Shown here: positions 1-12,300 of the stretch, piece after piece | Layout of the letters: every line of letters begins with the position of its first letter | Position numbering within the stretch: position 1 is the stretch's first letter | Assembly: GCA_030704615.1 (NCBI GenBank) | Contig: CM060733.1 | Coordinates: 61,752,001-61,816,000, forward strand | Length of the DNA: 64,000 nt | Reading direction: 5' to 3' | DNA from: Takakia lepidozioides | Taxonomy: Eukaryota; Plantae; Bryophyta | Made by a program: the position numbers and the translations under genes | The notes under the pieces: model-generated | The model's database searches: none | The model's input: only the letters and a program-made list of their open reading frames with translations | What the model was told of the DNA's origin: nothing

Positions 1-1345
1 TCCGTTTAGTAATATTGTCGAACACTTGCCGTGCATGTTTCACACTCCCGCATTTGGCATACATTGACAGAAGGTTATTGGCCAGAATGATATCCGGTAT
101 GATTCCAGCTTTGATGATGCTGGCATGTACCTCCATGCCCTGTTTCAGGTCTCCCAGGCAGGCACAAGCCTTGAGAATGCAAATGAATGTGACCCCATTG
201 GGCATCACCCCATCCAGTCTCATTTGCTCATACATTTCCAAAGCATCCCTACCATATCCATGCTCAGCGTATCCTGCAATCATGGCACTATATGAGACAA
301 CATCTCGTGGAATCATATTGTTGAACACTTGACGTGCATCCTTCAGGCTGCCACATTTCGCATACACATTGATAAGGGCATTCTGCAAAATGATATCTGG
401 GGCAAGTCCAGCTTTGAGGATGTCCCTGTGCACCTCTCTGCCCTTTTCCAGGGCCCCCAAGCTGGCGCATGCTTTGAGAACGCAAGTGAATGTGACCGCA
501 TTTGCCATCACCCCTTTGTGTACCATCTGGTCATACATATCCAAAGCCCCCCTATTACAGCCATGCTGAGCATACCCTGTGATCATGGCACTCCATGACA
601 CCACATTCTGTTTAGCCATATAATCAAACACTTGATGTGCATGCTTCAAGCTCCCGCATTTCGCATACATGTCCACAAGGGTATTCTCCAGAATGATATC
701 TTGTGTGATTGCGGATTTCACAATGTCTGTATGTACCTTTATGCCCTTTTCCAGAGCACCCATGCTGGCACACGCCTTGAGTATGCAAGTGAATGTGACA
801 GCATTGGGTGTCACCCCTTCTCCTATCATCTGCCCATAGATGTCAAAAGCCTCCTTACCACAACCATGTTTGGCATATCCTGCAATCATTGTATTCCACG
901 TAACCACATCACGTCCAGGCATTTTCTCAAAAACTTGGCGTGCATCCACTATACTCCCGCACTTTGCATACATGTCGATGAGGATGTTCAGTAGAGAGAT
1001 GTTTGGCTTGAATCCACTTTGAATAATTTGGGCATGCAACTGCTTACCCTCTGCTAGCCGTTGCTTGCTGATGCACTCCTTCAAGATACAGACATAAGTG
1101 TTAGAGTCCGCCGGAGTACCTTGTGGGTTCAAAATGTGCAGCCCCTCTTTCAGCCATTCTGCCTTACACAGTGTCCTCACATCCTCACACATGCCAAGAG
1201 AGTTCTTGCTGACTCTCTGTGTTGGTCCTTCAAGCCAAGCTGATTGTGGGCAATACTCAAATCTGTCCACGGCCCCTGTTTGACCATGGACTGTGCTTTC
1301 ACCATGATGTGGAGCAATAGCAGATTGAATTTGAAATTGTATCAT
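1..1345 (-). CDS. PLS-class pentatricopeptide repeat protein (C-terminus beyond the left edge)
   Basis: Minus-strand frame from ATG 1345 reads MIQFQIQSAIAPHH...EDVRTLCKAEWLKEGLHILNPQGTPADSNTYVCILKECISKQRLAEGKQLHAQIIQSGFKPNISLLNILIDMYAKCGSI..., followed by repeated P-L-S motifs. It is absent from the ORF track, consistent with no stop before position 1. The start is uncertain if an upstream exon exists. Confidence 0.9.
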   Translation of the reverse strand, partial: MIQFQIQSAIAPHHGESTVHGQTGAVDRFEYCPQSAWLEGPTQRVSKNSLGMCEDVRTLCKAEWLKEGLHILNPQGTPADSNTYVCILKECISKQRLAEGKQLHAQIIQSGFKPNISLLNILIDMYAKCGSIVDARQVFEKMPGRDVVTWNTMIAGYAKHGCGKEAFDIYGQMIGEGVTPNAVTFTCILKACASMGALEKGIKVHTDIVKSAITQDIILENTLVDMYAKCGSLKHAHQVFDYMAKQNVVSWSAMITGYAQHGCNRGALDMYDQMVHKGVMANAVTFTCVLKACASLGALEKGREVHRDILKAGLAPDIILQNALINVYAKCGSLKDARQVFNNMIPRDVVSYSAMIAGYAEHGYGRDALEMYEQMRLDGVMPNGVTFICILKACACLGDLKQGMEVHASIIKAGIIPDIILANNLLSMYAKCGSVKHARQVFDNITKR

Positions 1346-3343
1346 GGCACCTACCTCCTCTTTGACCCAAGGAGGATTTGCACAACCCTCAATCCAAAAG
1401 GCCTCCTTGTAGCATACATGTATGGAATGAGGTGATCTTGCACTTTTCTGGAAAACCACCAGTGGGCAGCTGAGCAGTCATATTCAACCACAGCCTCATA
1501 CATACCATGTACAAGCACCAAAGCTCCAACTAGATTTCAAGTACCAAGCAACATTACTTTCCCGCACTATTAAAAACGAAGGAGCACCTATACATTGTGG
1601 CAGTAAAAAACCCTTTAGCTGATATTTTCACACACAGCAAAATTATACGGATCAAAGAAACTGACATACTGGATTTTGCTACAAGCCCTTCGTGAAAAAC
1701 AGTATCACATTTGAAATAAAGATCACCTCGCCTTATCAGACCTCTTGTGTGGAGAATCTGAGAAAAGCTCCTGCCAGAGACAGGAGCTTGACCTGCATAC
1801 AAAACCTTTAAGAACTTGAGAACTTTGCCAGCTTCAATCGCATCAATTATCCTTGGCAAGTGCAGTGCTTAGACAGAGATCTCCGCCAGCTCTATTTATC
1901 ATCATATGGAGCAATGCTAGTGAAGGCTTGGCATTAAAGTCACCTCTTCTCTCTCTCTGCTCTCTCTCTATAGGGTAACTGCAATTACAGCAACAACTGT
2001 CTTGGATTGGGAGCTAGAGCAGCATTGCTGGAATTCGCCTACTGGTTTGTAGCACGGTGTACATACCCGCCGTCACATCAATACTGAACTCCGTTCGAGC
2101 TCTATAACGTTTAAGGCCTCAGTTCCAGAGATTCGTGCGTACATCTCTCAGTTGGCTCCGGGAGGGCTGATACTCCAGAGACTACGCCATCAAGGGTTTC
2201 CATACCCAAGGTTGGCAGTGCACGGTTCAGGACCACATCTTCGCCGTCTCCCTCCCTCACGCTAACTTGCAATTTTTGCTCAGGACCACACAACTGTACG
2301 CCACACCTGTAATACTTAGTCATCCTCACAATACTTGCCCCTCATAAACTTTGAGGGGACGCTGATGTAAAACTTCGTGGGAAAACTTCGTGGGAATTTA
2401 CCCTCAAAGACAGCATCCCCCACAGCTACGCCTCTGCAAGCAAGTAATAGCAATTACCTCTCCCATTGGTTCTCCCCTAGACATAATTTCTCCCTCATGC
2501 AAATCATTGGAACGAAGATAAATTAGCACATCTCTCAGAAATTGGCGGAATCAGATTCAGTCGAATCAAGCAAAATTTAGATTCTGCCTCTCCGCAGCAC
2601 ACAGTACACGAACACAAACAAAATGCAAAACTTACGGATCCATACCTTTCATTGGTGTACATGAAGACTGGGGAGGCGTCCTACCCATCACTCGAAAGGT
2701 CATGGTCCTGGAGTTGGTTAAATGGAGGCACATTTCAGCTCCACAGCCTGCTCAGATGATGTGCAGAACACCATCCACACAAGAAGGCAGCACGTTGGGC
2801 AAAGTCCCGTTGCTCAGTAGAGAGAGAGAGAGACTCCTCCACTGACGGTAAACATTTAGTTACCGAAATCAGATCTTGCACCATGTTTCGTTTGTTATCG
2901 GAGAAGGACAGTGACGAGATTTATGACACCCGCAAAGTCTTATCCCAACAAGGGTTTTGGGTTTTGGAAGAAGAAGAAGAAATGATAGTTAGGGTTTTGG
3001 ATCGTATTGACATCTGCTCACATCCTGGGCTATGGCAGCATCTCAGTGAGTTTCAAAATCCGCACACAGGAAAATTTGTTAGAGGGGTCTGGCCCAGTGT
3101 GCACAGGCATTGAGATTTGACCAATTCTGTAAATGAGGCAGCTATGTGATTAAGGGGCAGCTGAGATCGACACCTACGAATGTCCCCGGTCTAATTACAA
3201 TGAGCGTTCAGAAGGTCGTGGAAAAGAACTCCTCAGACTTACAGCAATCGAAGCTGTGGAAGAGTGGGCATCCAGACTTCTTTCGGATGGCAGGTAACGG
3301 GATTGAGCATCAATTACAGAGCTGATTAAGCACTACCGGCAGC

Positions 3344-6300
3344 ATGATTGCTGCAGGGCAAGCCAAGCTAGGATCCATGTCTCGGAGCTATGCGTCCACA
3401 TTACAATCTCCCCATGGTGTTACTCCTAACCATTCACCTAGGTCTCACTGCCGAGTGCATGCGATGTGTCTAGAATTTCCAGCACTGCAACAATGTCAAC
3501 GACTTCAATATCGCCTACTTGTGGGTCGTACCTGCTGGGAAGGCTTAAGGCCTCCTCGAATCGTAGCCGCAGGATCTGGGCTAGGTTTGCAGATATTGCA
3601 GAGGGCTCGCAAGCACGGCATTCGACCACACCGTCAGCCACAGTGTTTAGTTAACCAGGTATGCACCTTTGTGGCCCTCGCAAATTGAAGTCTTCGGAAT
3701 GTGTGAGCAGTATACGATAATATCCAGGCGAGTGGCTTTTTTGCATGGCCGTACCTGCAATCTCCAGAATTGAGCTCAATTGGACTATGTTGCTCGACTG
3801 GTAATGTATTAGACGTTCCTCACTTTAGCTCTCTTTGTTGGACCTTTGTTTATCTGTGTCTATTTTGTATGCAATAAGTACAGGATACAACTGTTTGCAG
3901 GTAAATTGTGCATTAGAAGGAGAGGATGCAAAAGATGCCGAAAATGATAACTTCTCCTCAAGAACCCTTTCATTGCCTACCAAGCAGGCTGGAATTTCTG
4001 CTGTGTCTCAGGCACTAGCAATTTCGCTTCCTCTGTTAATGGGGACAGATGCCTTAGCTACAGTGGTCGAGACAACGAAGAGAAAACTAAAAGCTTCCCG
4101 GAAGCCTAAGACAATGCCACCTGAGGAGAGGAAGGAATGGACCAAAGGCCTGCCGCTGGTCCAGGAAAGGATACCTTACACTGACATTCTCGATCTGAGA
4201 CATGAAGGGAAAGTGAAACACATAATCAAGCACCCAAATTCAATGCTGAAAGAACGACCAGACAAAGTATTTGTGATTCTGGATGATGATAGAGTTGTGC
4301 GGACAGTTCTGCCAGTGCCTGGAAGAGATGAACGTTTTTGGAAAGCCTGGGATGACCTGCAGTTGAATGAAGTGCTCATTGATGCGTATACTCCCCCACC
4401 ACCTGCACCAGAGCTGCAAGGATGGGCCACCAGAGGACCATCTCTCACGTTTTTGACAAATATTGTGGCCTGGTTTGAACAAGCAGGCAAGAGAACCGAT
4501 GGGACCAAGCTTGGCAAGAAAGGCTCCACTCAGTCAGCTGCTCGATCAAGGCTGGAACAGCTTGAGGAAGAACGCCAGGAAATGAAGAGAGAGCGAACAG
4601 ATAGGGATGCAGATATGAAGAGGCAGATAGCAGAGAGGGACAGGGAGGAGAAAGCTGCGAAAGCTAGGGCACTTGCACAGAAATTGCGGGAAGAGAAGGA
4701 GAGGAAAGATGCGGTGATCAAGGCAAGAGAGGGTGCCGCTCAGGAGGAGAAGCTTGCCCAACAAGTGCAAAGCAGTGCAGAATGGAACAATTTCTGGTAC
4801 ACTGCATCACGGAATGAGGGATTCCGATTCCTCTTGGGTGTGTTCTTCTTCTGGTTGTTTTACCAGACAGTTGTTGTTGGCGTTAAGAAAAGAAAGAAGG
4901 ACTATGATGACCGGGTGAAGATTGAACAGGCTGAAGATGAGGAGCGGCGCAAGATGCGCGAGTGGGAGAACGACATGGACACTGCTGAGGTTGCTGCTAC
5001 TCTTGTAAAAAGTTTGGAAAATTAGTATGCAGAGTAGCATGTTGATCTCTTTGAAGGTCTAGCCGCTATTGAGATTCAAAGTTTCTGGCTAGTGGTGTGG
5101 TTTCCATGGTATAAGGCTATATATATCTTGTTTTAAAACTCGTCTTGGTACAGGCTATGTCAACCACCCAGGCTTGGGGCAAAGAAGGCATGAGCGAGGG
5201 GGAGAAGAAGAGATTAGAGGAGATTGAGAACAATCCACAGCTCAAAATGGGCTTGAAGTTCATGCGGTCAGGTCAGTGACTCAATGCCGGAGAACATGGA
5301 GTGTTGCTTATAAGGCATTGTTGCCGGGTGTATCCAGAGATGCCCCCTGGCTGTATCTGTAACAATAGGGAAAGAAATCTTATAACATCCACAGGAGGCT
5401 CTGTGGGCCCGTGGGACAAAGTAGAACATCAAGAGAGATTGTACTCATAAGACATTGTTTGCCGTAGCCTTGTGGCCATTGACCCCGCGCCCAGTTTGAA
5501 CGGAACATAAAGGGACAGAAACTACCTTTGTCAGGGGCTGATGCCGGTAGTATGATTTACCTTGGAATAAACAGTTGATCCGAGATTTCCAGATATCCTC
5601 CAGAAATCCCTTCACACAACCATCAATCTGATGTGTGTGATTTGCCCAATAGCTAGACCCCGAAAGGGCCTGTGCTTTTGGCTCAGCCTCAAGATTTTCA
5701 AAGTTGTTAAACAGAGGTACAGGCACAACTTCCTTGATGGAATTGAAGAGGGTGCCAGGACAATGAATCAGAAAGTGAATATTGTCTTCAGGTTGCCCAC
5801 ACAACGGGCACTTACGATCCCCCTTTCCTCTCTGCGACTGTTTGTTGTTCAAAGGTAGGCTACCCGCCCTGAGTTTGAATTTCAGTCTAGTGCCGAGGGT
5901 GGGTAGGCCCTTGACGTCATCCATGATGGCCTCACCCATGTCACAGACTGGAAACAGGTTCAGGGAAGTTTTCTGCCTAACTTCATTTTCTTCAGACAAT
6001 TTTCTGGCAATAGACATGGCTTCGGAAACTTCAGCTTCTAAGCCAGATTTATCCAGCAGGGTCATGGCTAGTGGACTAAGATTCAGATCCTTGAAAATCT
6101 CTTCTACCCTTTTCCGCCAGGATTTAGCCTGTGTTGACAGGGCGGTCCTGCTTCCAAGATATAGACTCGATTAACTTAGGATATCTGGTATTAGCCATAC
6201 GTTGCAGCTGACCCCACCATCTGATTTTGAATTCATCGCGTCGGGAGCTTAAGGGAGGAATGCCAAACCCACCCCGAACAGCCACATTAGCTGTTTTGGA

Positions 6301-9300
6301 GCATGCTGACATGCACTCCTTGAGCACCCCGACTTGGATGGATTCAAGAGACTTAGCCTGGTTGGAGTTATCAACCCATACAGCAGATGCATACTCCAAG
6401 GCCGGCCTGATAACGCGGCAAAGCATGGTTTTTTTTACTTCAGAGTTGATCCCTCTGCAGTGGAAAAATTTAGTGAGACCCAGCGTTTTGCGTTTGCCAG
6501 ATTGAACCACTCTTTGAATATGTGCTTCCCAATTAGAGTTGGAGGGAAACTCAACGCCAAGATAGGTGTAGGACGGGAGAACAGGGATCTCTTGGCTTCC
6601 CCACTGCCAAGAGAGAAAGAAGAAATGAAATGAAATGGACTTTTTAGAGAAAGAAGAAAGGAAGCCCTTTATAATATCCATGGAAAGCTCAAAGAGCTTA
6701 TGGGACAAAAGAAAGCAGGATGCAAGAAAGAACGTGGGGCCCTCAACCTGCAGCCAAAAATCGACTGTTAACGTATATATTTATTTATTTATTTAGTTGT
6801 CTATATTTGTTCATCTATATATGTATATAATGTACTCATAAGACTTCGTTTGCCGTAGCCTTGTGGCCATAGACAGTGCGCCCAGTTTGGACGCAACATA
6901 GGGCATAGGCACTACCTTTGTGAGGCGCTCACTCCAGTAGTGTGACTTACCTTCATATAAACAATTAGTTCAGGCTTTCCAGATATCCGCTAGAAAGCCC
7001 TTCACACAAGCATCAATCTGCTGTGTGTGAGTAGCCCAAAAGTTAGACCCTAACAGGTCACTCTCTGGTGAGAATACCCCAGACATTGTGTTAGAAAATG
7101 GATATTGTCTTCAGGTTGCCCGCACATCGGGCAATCAGAATCTCCTTTTCTTCTCTGCATCTGTTATTGTTCAAAGGTAGGCTCCCTGCCTGAGTTTAAA
7201 GTTCAGTCTAGTGCCAATGGTAGGTAGACCCTTCAGATCATCTTTAACGTCCTTGCCCAGACTGGAAACAAGTTCAGGGAAGTTTTATGCCTAACTTCAT
7301 TTTCATCGGAAAGTCTTTGGGTATCAGACATGGCTTTGGACACAACTCCCTCCAGGTCAGATTCATCCAGTAGGGTCGATTCTTCTTGACTAGTGTTCAG
7401 ATACCTGAAAATATCTTCTACCATTTTCCGCCAAGACTTAGGCTGTTTAACAGGACGGTCTATCTTATGGTATCTGGTAGTAGGCATGTGATGCAACTGA
7501 CCCCACCGTCTGACCTTGAATTTATCACGTCGAGAGCTTAAATGAGGTATGCCAAACTTGCCCCGAACAGCCACATTAGCTGTTCTAGAACAAGCTGACA
7601 TGGTTTCTTTGAGCACCGCGACCTGAATGGATTCTAGAGATTTAGCATGGTTGGAATTATCAACCCACACAGCAGATGCATATTCCAAGGACGGTCTAGC
7701 AATGTTGCAAAGCATGGCCCTTTTAACTTCAGTATTAATCCCTCTGCAGTGGAAAAATTTACAGCCAAAGCTTTGCTTTTAGCTCATTGAATCACTTTTT
7801 GTATATGCGCATCCCAGTTACGTTTCGATGAAAACTCAACAGCAAGACATGTGTAGGAAGGGAGTACAGGGATCTCTTCATTACCTCATTTCCATTTGAT
7901 ATCCCCTCCTCCCTCCCCATGGTCGTGGAATGCCACCACTGCGCATTTAGCAACATTAGCTTCTAGCCTCCACAGGTCAAAGAACTTCTTTGCACAATCA
8001 ATCAACTCCTGGAGATTGGATGGGGTATCCCCTATGCCTGCTAAGTCATCCACAAACATAGATCCACCTGCTTTATACCCGCTTAGATGCTTTACAGCTT
8101 CCATGACCCAAACTTTATTTTTTCTAAAGGAGGAAAAAAATTGAAAACCCTCAACAAAAGCCATAAGGCGTAAACACCAGCAACATCAAGAAACGAGCCA
8201 AAGCACATAAGACCAAAGACACTTAGAGCTGCAAATGACAGACCCTGCAGGAAAAAATGAAAATGGACTTCAAATATGATCCATGTCACTATAAATGCTG
8301 GTTATAAACATGGCCTTCGTTATTGGGTACTGTGTAATATTACTGGTCAGAGATCAGTATAACAGGTGCTATCCGAGAGTAATCTCTAGTCAGGATCAAC
8401 ATGCTAAAAATTGTATAGAGGTAATAACAGATACTAGGTACTAAACTATGGGTCTGCTACTGTCACGTCACATCTTCTGCTCCAAGCTCAAGAACTTTTT
8501 CAGGACCTCCACTTGCATGCTTCTTCATTGTGTCCTTGCATTCTTGAGAAGGGCCCCTCACTATTAGAGTTAGATTCACAGTCAAGAAGGCTGTAGTGTG
8601 TTTCAAAGGTTTTAACAATGTCAACCTTTGAAGTATCAACTGCACCCTTATTATTCCTTAAAGCCTGCACTTGCTGGCCATTTTTCAGCCTGTACAAATG
8701 CTTTAAGGCCAACCAGAATCTCTTATCATTACCACCATGGTGGTTTGAGTTAATTTCTTGGTACAACTCTTCCCAATAAACTTTCTTCTGAGCCCTTACA
8801 AGCTGGTTAACTTCTTTGCGCATTTGGTAATATGTAGACCACAGCTCTTTGTCATCTTTGATATTACAGTAGTCCATCTAAAGTGCCCATCTCTCAGCAA
8901 TTTTGAGCTTGATCTCATTGGTCCACCAATTTACTGGTCTACCACAGACAACTAGTTTCCTCGCAAAGATCTTATCAGCTGCAGAGGTGATGAAACCCTC
9001 CCAAGAATCCACAGCTCGTTCAACTTGACTTCTTGCATCACTAAGCAGGAAGAGGGGTCTGGGAGTGATTGGATAAAGTGTGGGGGAGCCTCATTTCAGG
9101 CCTGGACATATTCTGTCTGGACCTCTTCCTTCTGGAATATCTATTCGTCACTTTCGAATCAAATGTTTCACAGATCTCTTGGTGTTAAGAGTACTCCTTT
9201 TGATCTCAGTCCAGACAAGAAAGTGATCAGAAGTACCAAGATCAGGCTATCAACCACCACTTTGGCACACTGGGGGAACAACTCCTTATCCACTACGAGA

Positions 9301-12300
9301 TAATCAACAATGGACCATTCCCCAGTTTGGGTTTTTTCACGAGTCCACTGCAAAGGGTCTTCTGTGGACCTATTGTTCAAGGTCAGAAGCTGAAGTTCTA
9401 CCAGCAAATTGATAAGTCTTTTACCATTAGAGTTATTGCTGATCCTCGCCAAAAAGCCCTATGATGTCGTCTTGTCGTAGACCCATGCCCAGCCAGGCAT
9501 TAAAGTCACCTAACAAGGCACATGGCCTTTGGTGAGGAACTTTATCTGGGTCAACACTAAGTGTTCCCTCTGTAGGCATTTAGACACATCCCACAAAGAG
9601 GTCCTTAGCCCTCAAGCCGCCCTTCAATTTCAATCTTAGCCGCATCCCCAACTAGCTTGTCTGAAGTTTCCCATGTCTCCTGACCAGCACAAATGTAAAT
9701 GCCATTTGCTTGAAGAATTTACTGAGGGATAGAGTTGAGCTCTTTGTTAGTAACTCAATAGGCGAAATTGCCAAGCTGATGAAAGACAAATGTTTGAATA
9801 GGGGCACGTGTACGGCGGGCGAAGGGACGGCGGCCACCCCAATTTCTAGATCTCGATGCTGATGTCAAGTTTGCCGATGTTGCGGGGCTGGGTGATATAC
9901 GCAAGGAGCTAGAGGAGATCGTTGACTTTTTTACTTATGGTGAAAAGTATCGGCGACGTGGTAGCAGAATCCCTGGTTTGTCCTGACCCAAGTCAGACTA
10001 TGCTGTGCAACACTTATTTTCTCTGATAAACTGTCTTTGATCTTCACCTTCCAACAAAAGATGGAACCCTTCTTCTAGTTGTAATAAAATCCTCAGAGAA
10101 GCTGCTCAAGGAAGACCCTGTCTACGACTCCAAGGCCAGTTGAGGTCTGATATACAATGGTGGAAAGGAGCTCTGGAGAGACTTGAGAGTCTAACTGGCT
10201 GTTGGCCATGGCAGCTGGGATATTGCTATGTGGAGAGCCAGGGACAGGGAAGACTCTTCTGGCCAAAGCAGTGGCAGGTGAGGCCGGGGTAAATTTTTTC
10301 TCTATCTCAGCATCCCAGTTCGTGGAGATTTACGTGGGAGTCGGAGCCTCTCGAGTGCGAGCTCTTTACAATGAAGCTAAAGATAATGTAAGGGTTCTGG
10401 TACTCACGTGATACTACTTGCTTTCTGTATATTGTGGTGGTTGCATAAAAAACCAATTGAGGGGGGAAAGCTTTCAATAGATTCCAGCTATCTACAAATC
10501 TACAGAATTAAAGCCTATCATGTGGTCTTTTTACACAGGCAGGAAACAAGAAATATTAAGCATCTTCGGATGACTGAAACGGGCTGATGTAATTGCTGGC
10601 CATATCTGTGTTCATAAGTCTACGTGTAACTATGGCAAAGGAACAGCTGCCTGGATCGAGTGCCTTGTCTTTTGATTGGCCTTCAAACTTCCCACCTCTG
10701 TCCATTGAATCATACCAAAGCTCCCAGCCTTCAGTTCAAACTGTCCATCTGTAGCAGTTTACAAGCTCCCCATGGTTACAAGCGGGCTGTTGGTACTCAG
10801 GTTGATTAATGCAAGTTCAAGTGTCTCCTGTGCAGGCGCCAGCTGTTGTGTTTATTGATGAGCTAGATGCCGTGGGGCGGCAGCGTGGTCTCATTGGAGG
10901 ATCTGGTGGGCAAGAGCGTGACTCAACCCTCAATCAGGTGCGTTACTCCAACATGTCTTTGCAGCTTTTTGGTAGCCACTGAAGAGAGGACAAACACAAC
11001 TATTAACTTGATTGTTGGCCCGTCCGGGTGGTTGCAGCTGCTGACCTGCTTGGATGGGTTTGAAGGGAGAGGAGAGGTGATCACCATAGCTGCCACCAAC
11101 AGGCCTGATATTCTGGATACCGCTTTGGTGCGACCTGGTCGATTTGACCGCAAAATCTACATTCCCAAGCCTGGTATTAAGGGTCGTGCAGAAATTCTCA
11201 AGGTATTTGACATACTCCATATTGCTTTCCAATGCTGTAAGTTCGTTCCTTACACTTGAGGTGGAACAACCTGCTGCAAGTTAGTGACCAAGTTTGTAGT
11301 TGGCCTCGTTGAAATTGGGAAGATCTTGACGGATGCCTAACGAGCTGCTGGGCATGCCTCAGGCCATAATTGGTACTTGGGTGATCTAACCAGTAAAGTA
11401 TGAAGCACTGTGGATTGTCAGGTACCATGAAGAAACAGACAGCTTTAGGAAGGAAATTGAGGTTGGCAAGGGTGCAGGTTCATGCAAGGAACAAACCAAT
11501 GGCAGAAGAGGTGGACTATGATGCTGTGGCAGAGATGACAGATGGAATGGTGGGAGCACAACTGGCCAACATTCTGGATGTAGCTGCCCTCGCTGTTCTT
11601 CGGGACCGCCGCAGTGAGGTGTGACAAAATGTCCTTCAGTCTCACCCCATCAGAAATGATGGCATCACTACAGGCTCTGATGTTTAACTACAACATGTAT
11701 AGCTTTGAAAACAGGAATGGTGGCCCAGAAGTCAAAAGTAGATCCAAAAACTGACTAAGCATTGACGGAATTTACAAACTACTTTGGTTCAGACTTTGAG
11801 TCCATGGGTGAGAGTTGCGCAAGGTAGTCAGCCTTCTTTGTCATTCAGGACCAAAAAAAGAACACATGAAAATCTGCAGGTTGTAGTTGAAACAGGCTGT
11901 TTTTTGACACTTAGTGTCCAGAGACTGGGGGGGGCACTTGAGATTTGTTCGGGATGGGGTTCCTTACTGTGGAGGTTGAGATTCCAGAAAGGATGGAAGA
12001 AATTGCACTTTTGAAAGCCAGCAAGCAGACACATTGTCCAGAGGCATGCATAACAATCCAGAGCTGCTATGATGTCAGCAAGGGACAGTAGGCCATGGAC
12101 CCAACCAGACTTTGCTATCCAACTGAATGGATGCGTGTGTCCAATTCCAGATCGTTATAGAATAGCTCAGACTCTCAAGTTGTTATGGTATTGTTGGAGT
12201 GCTTTCTTGGTGGGGACAGATTACCACGGATGATTTGCTAGAAGCTGCACAGCTGGAGGAAGGTGGCCACCCAGATCCACGCCCACGGAGTGAATACTTG

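Noticed and set aside
15-1022. Plus-strand ORFs over the left PPR, and the antisense ORFs over the other PPR, LINE, Gypsy and mTERF regions
   Set aside because: Antisense or off-frame shadows of real coding sequence, with no independent motifs.
1440-1503. N-terminal extension of the left PPR containing CSAAHWWFS
   Set aside because: That peptide is in a different frame from the PPR ORF, whose own frame has a stop there; treated as nucleotide-level flank homology.
2057-2076. TGTACATACCCGCCGTCACA resembles the universal SSU rRNA 1392 region
   Set aside because: Only ~20 nt with mismatches, and no flanking rRNA similarity.
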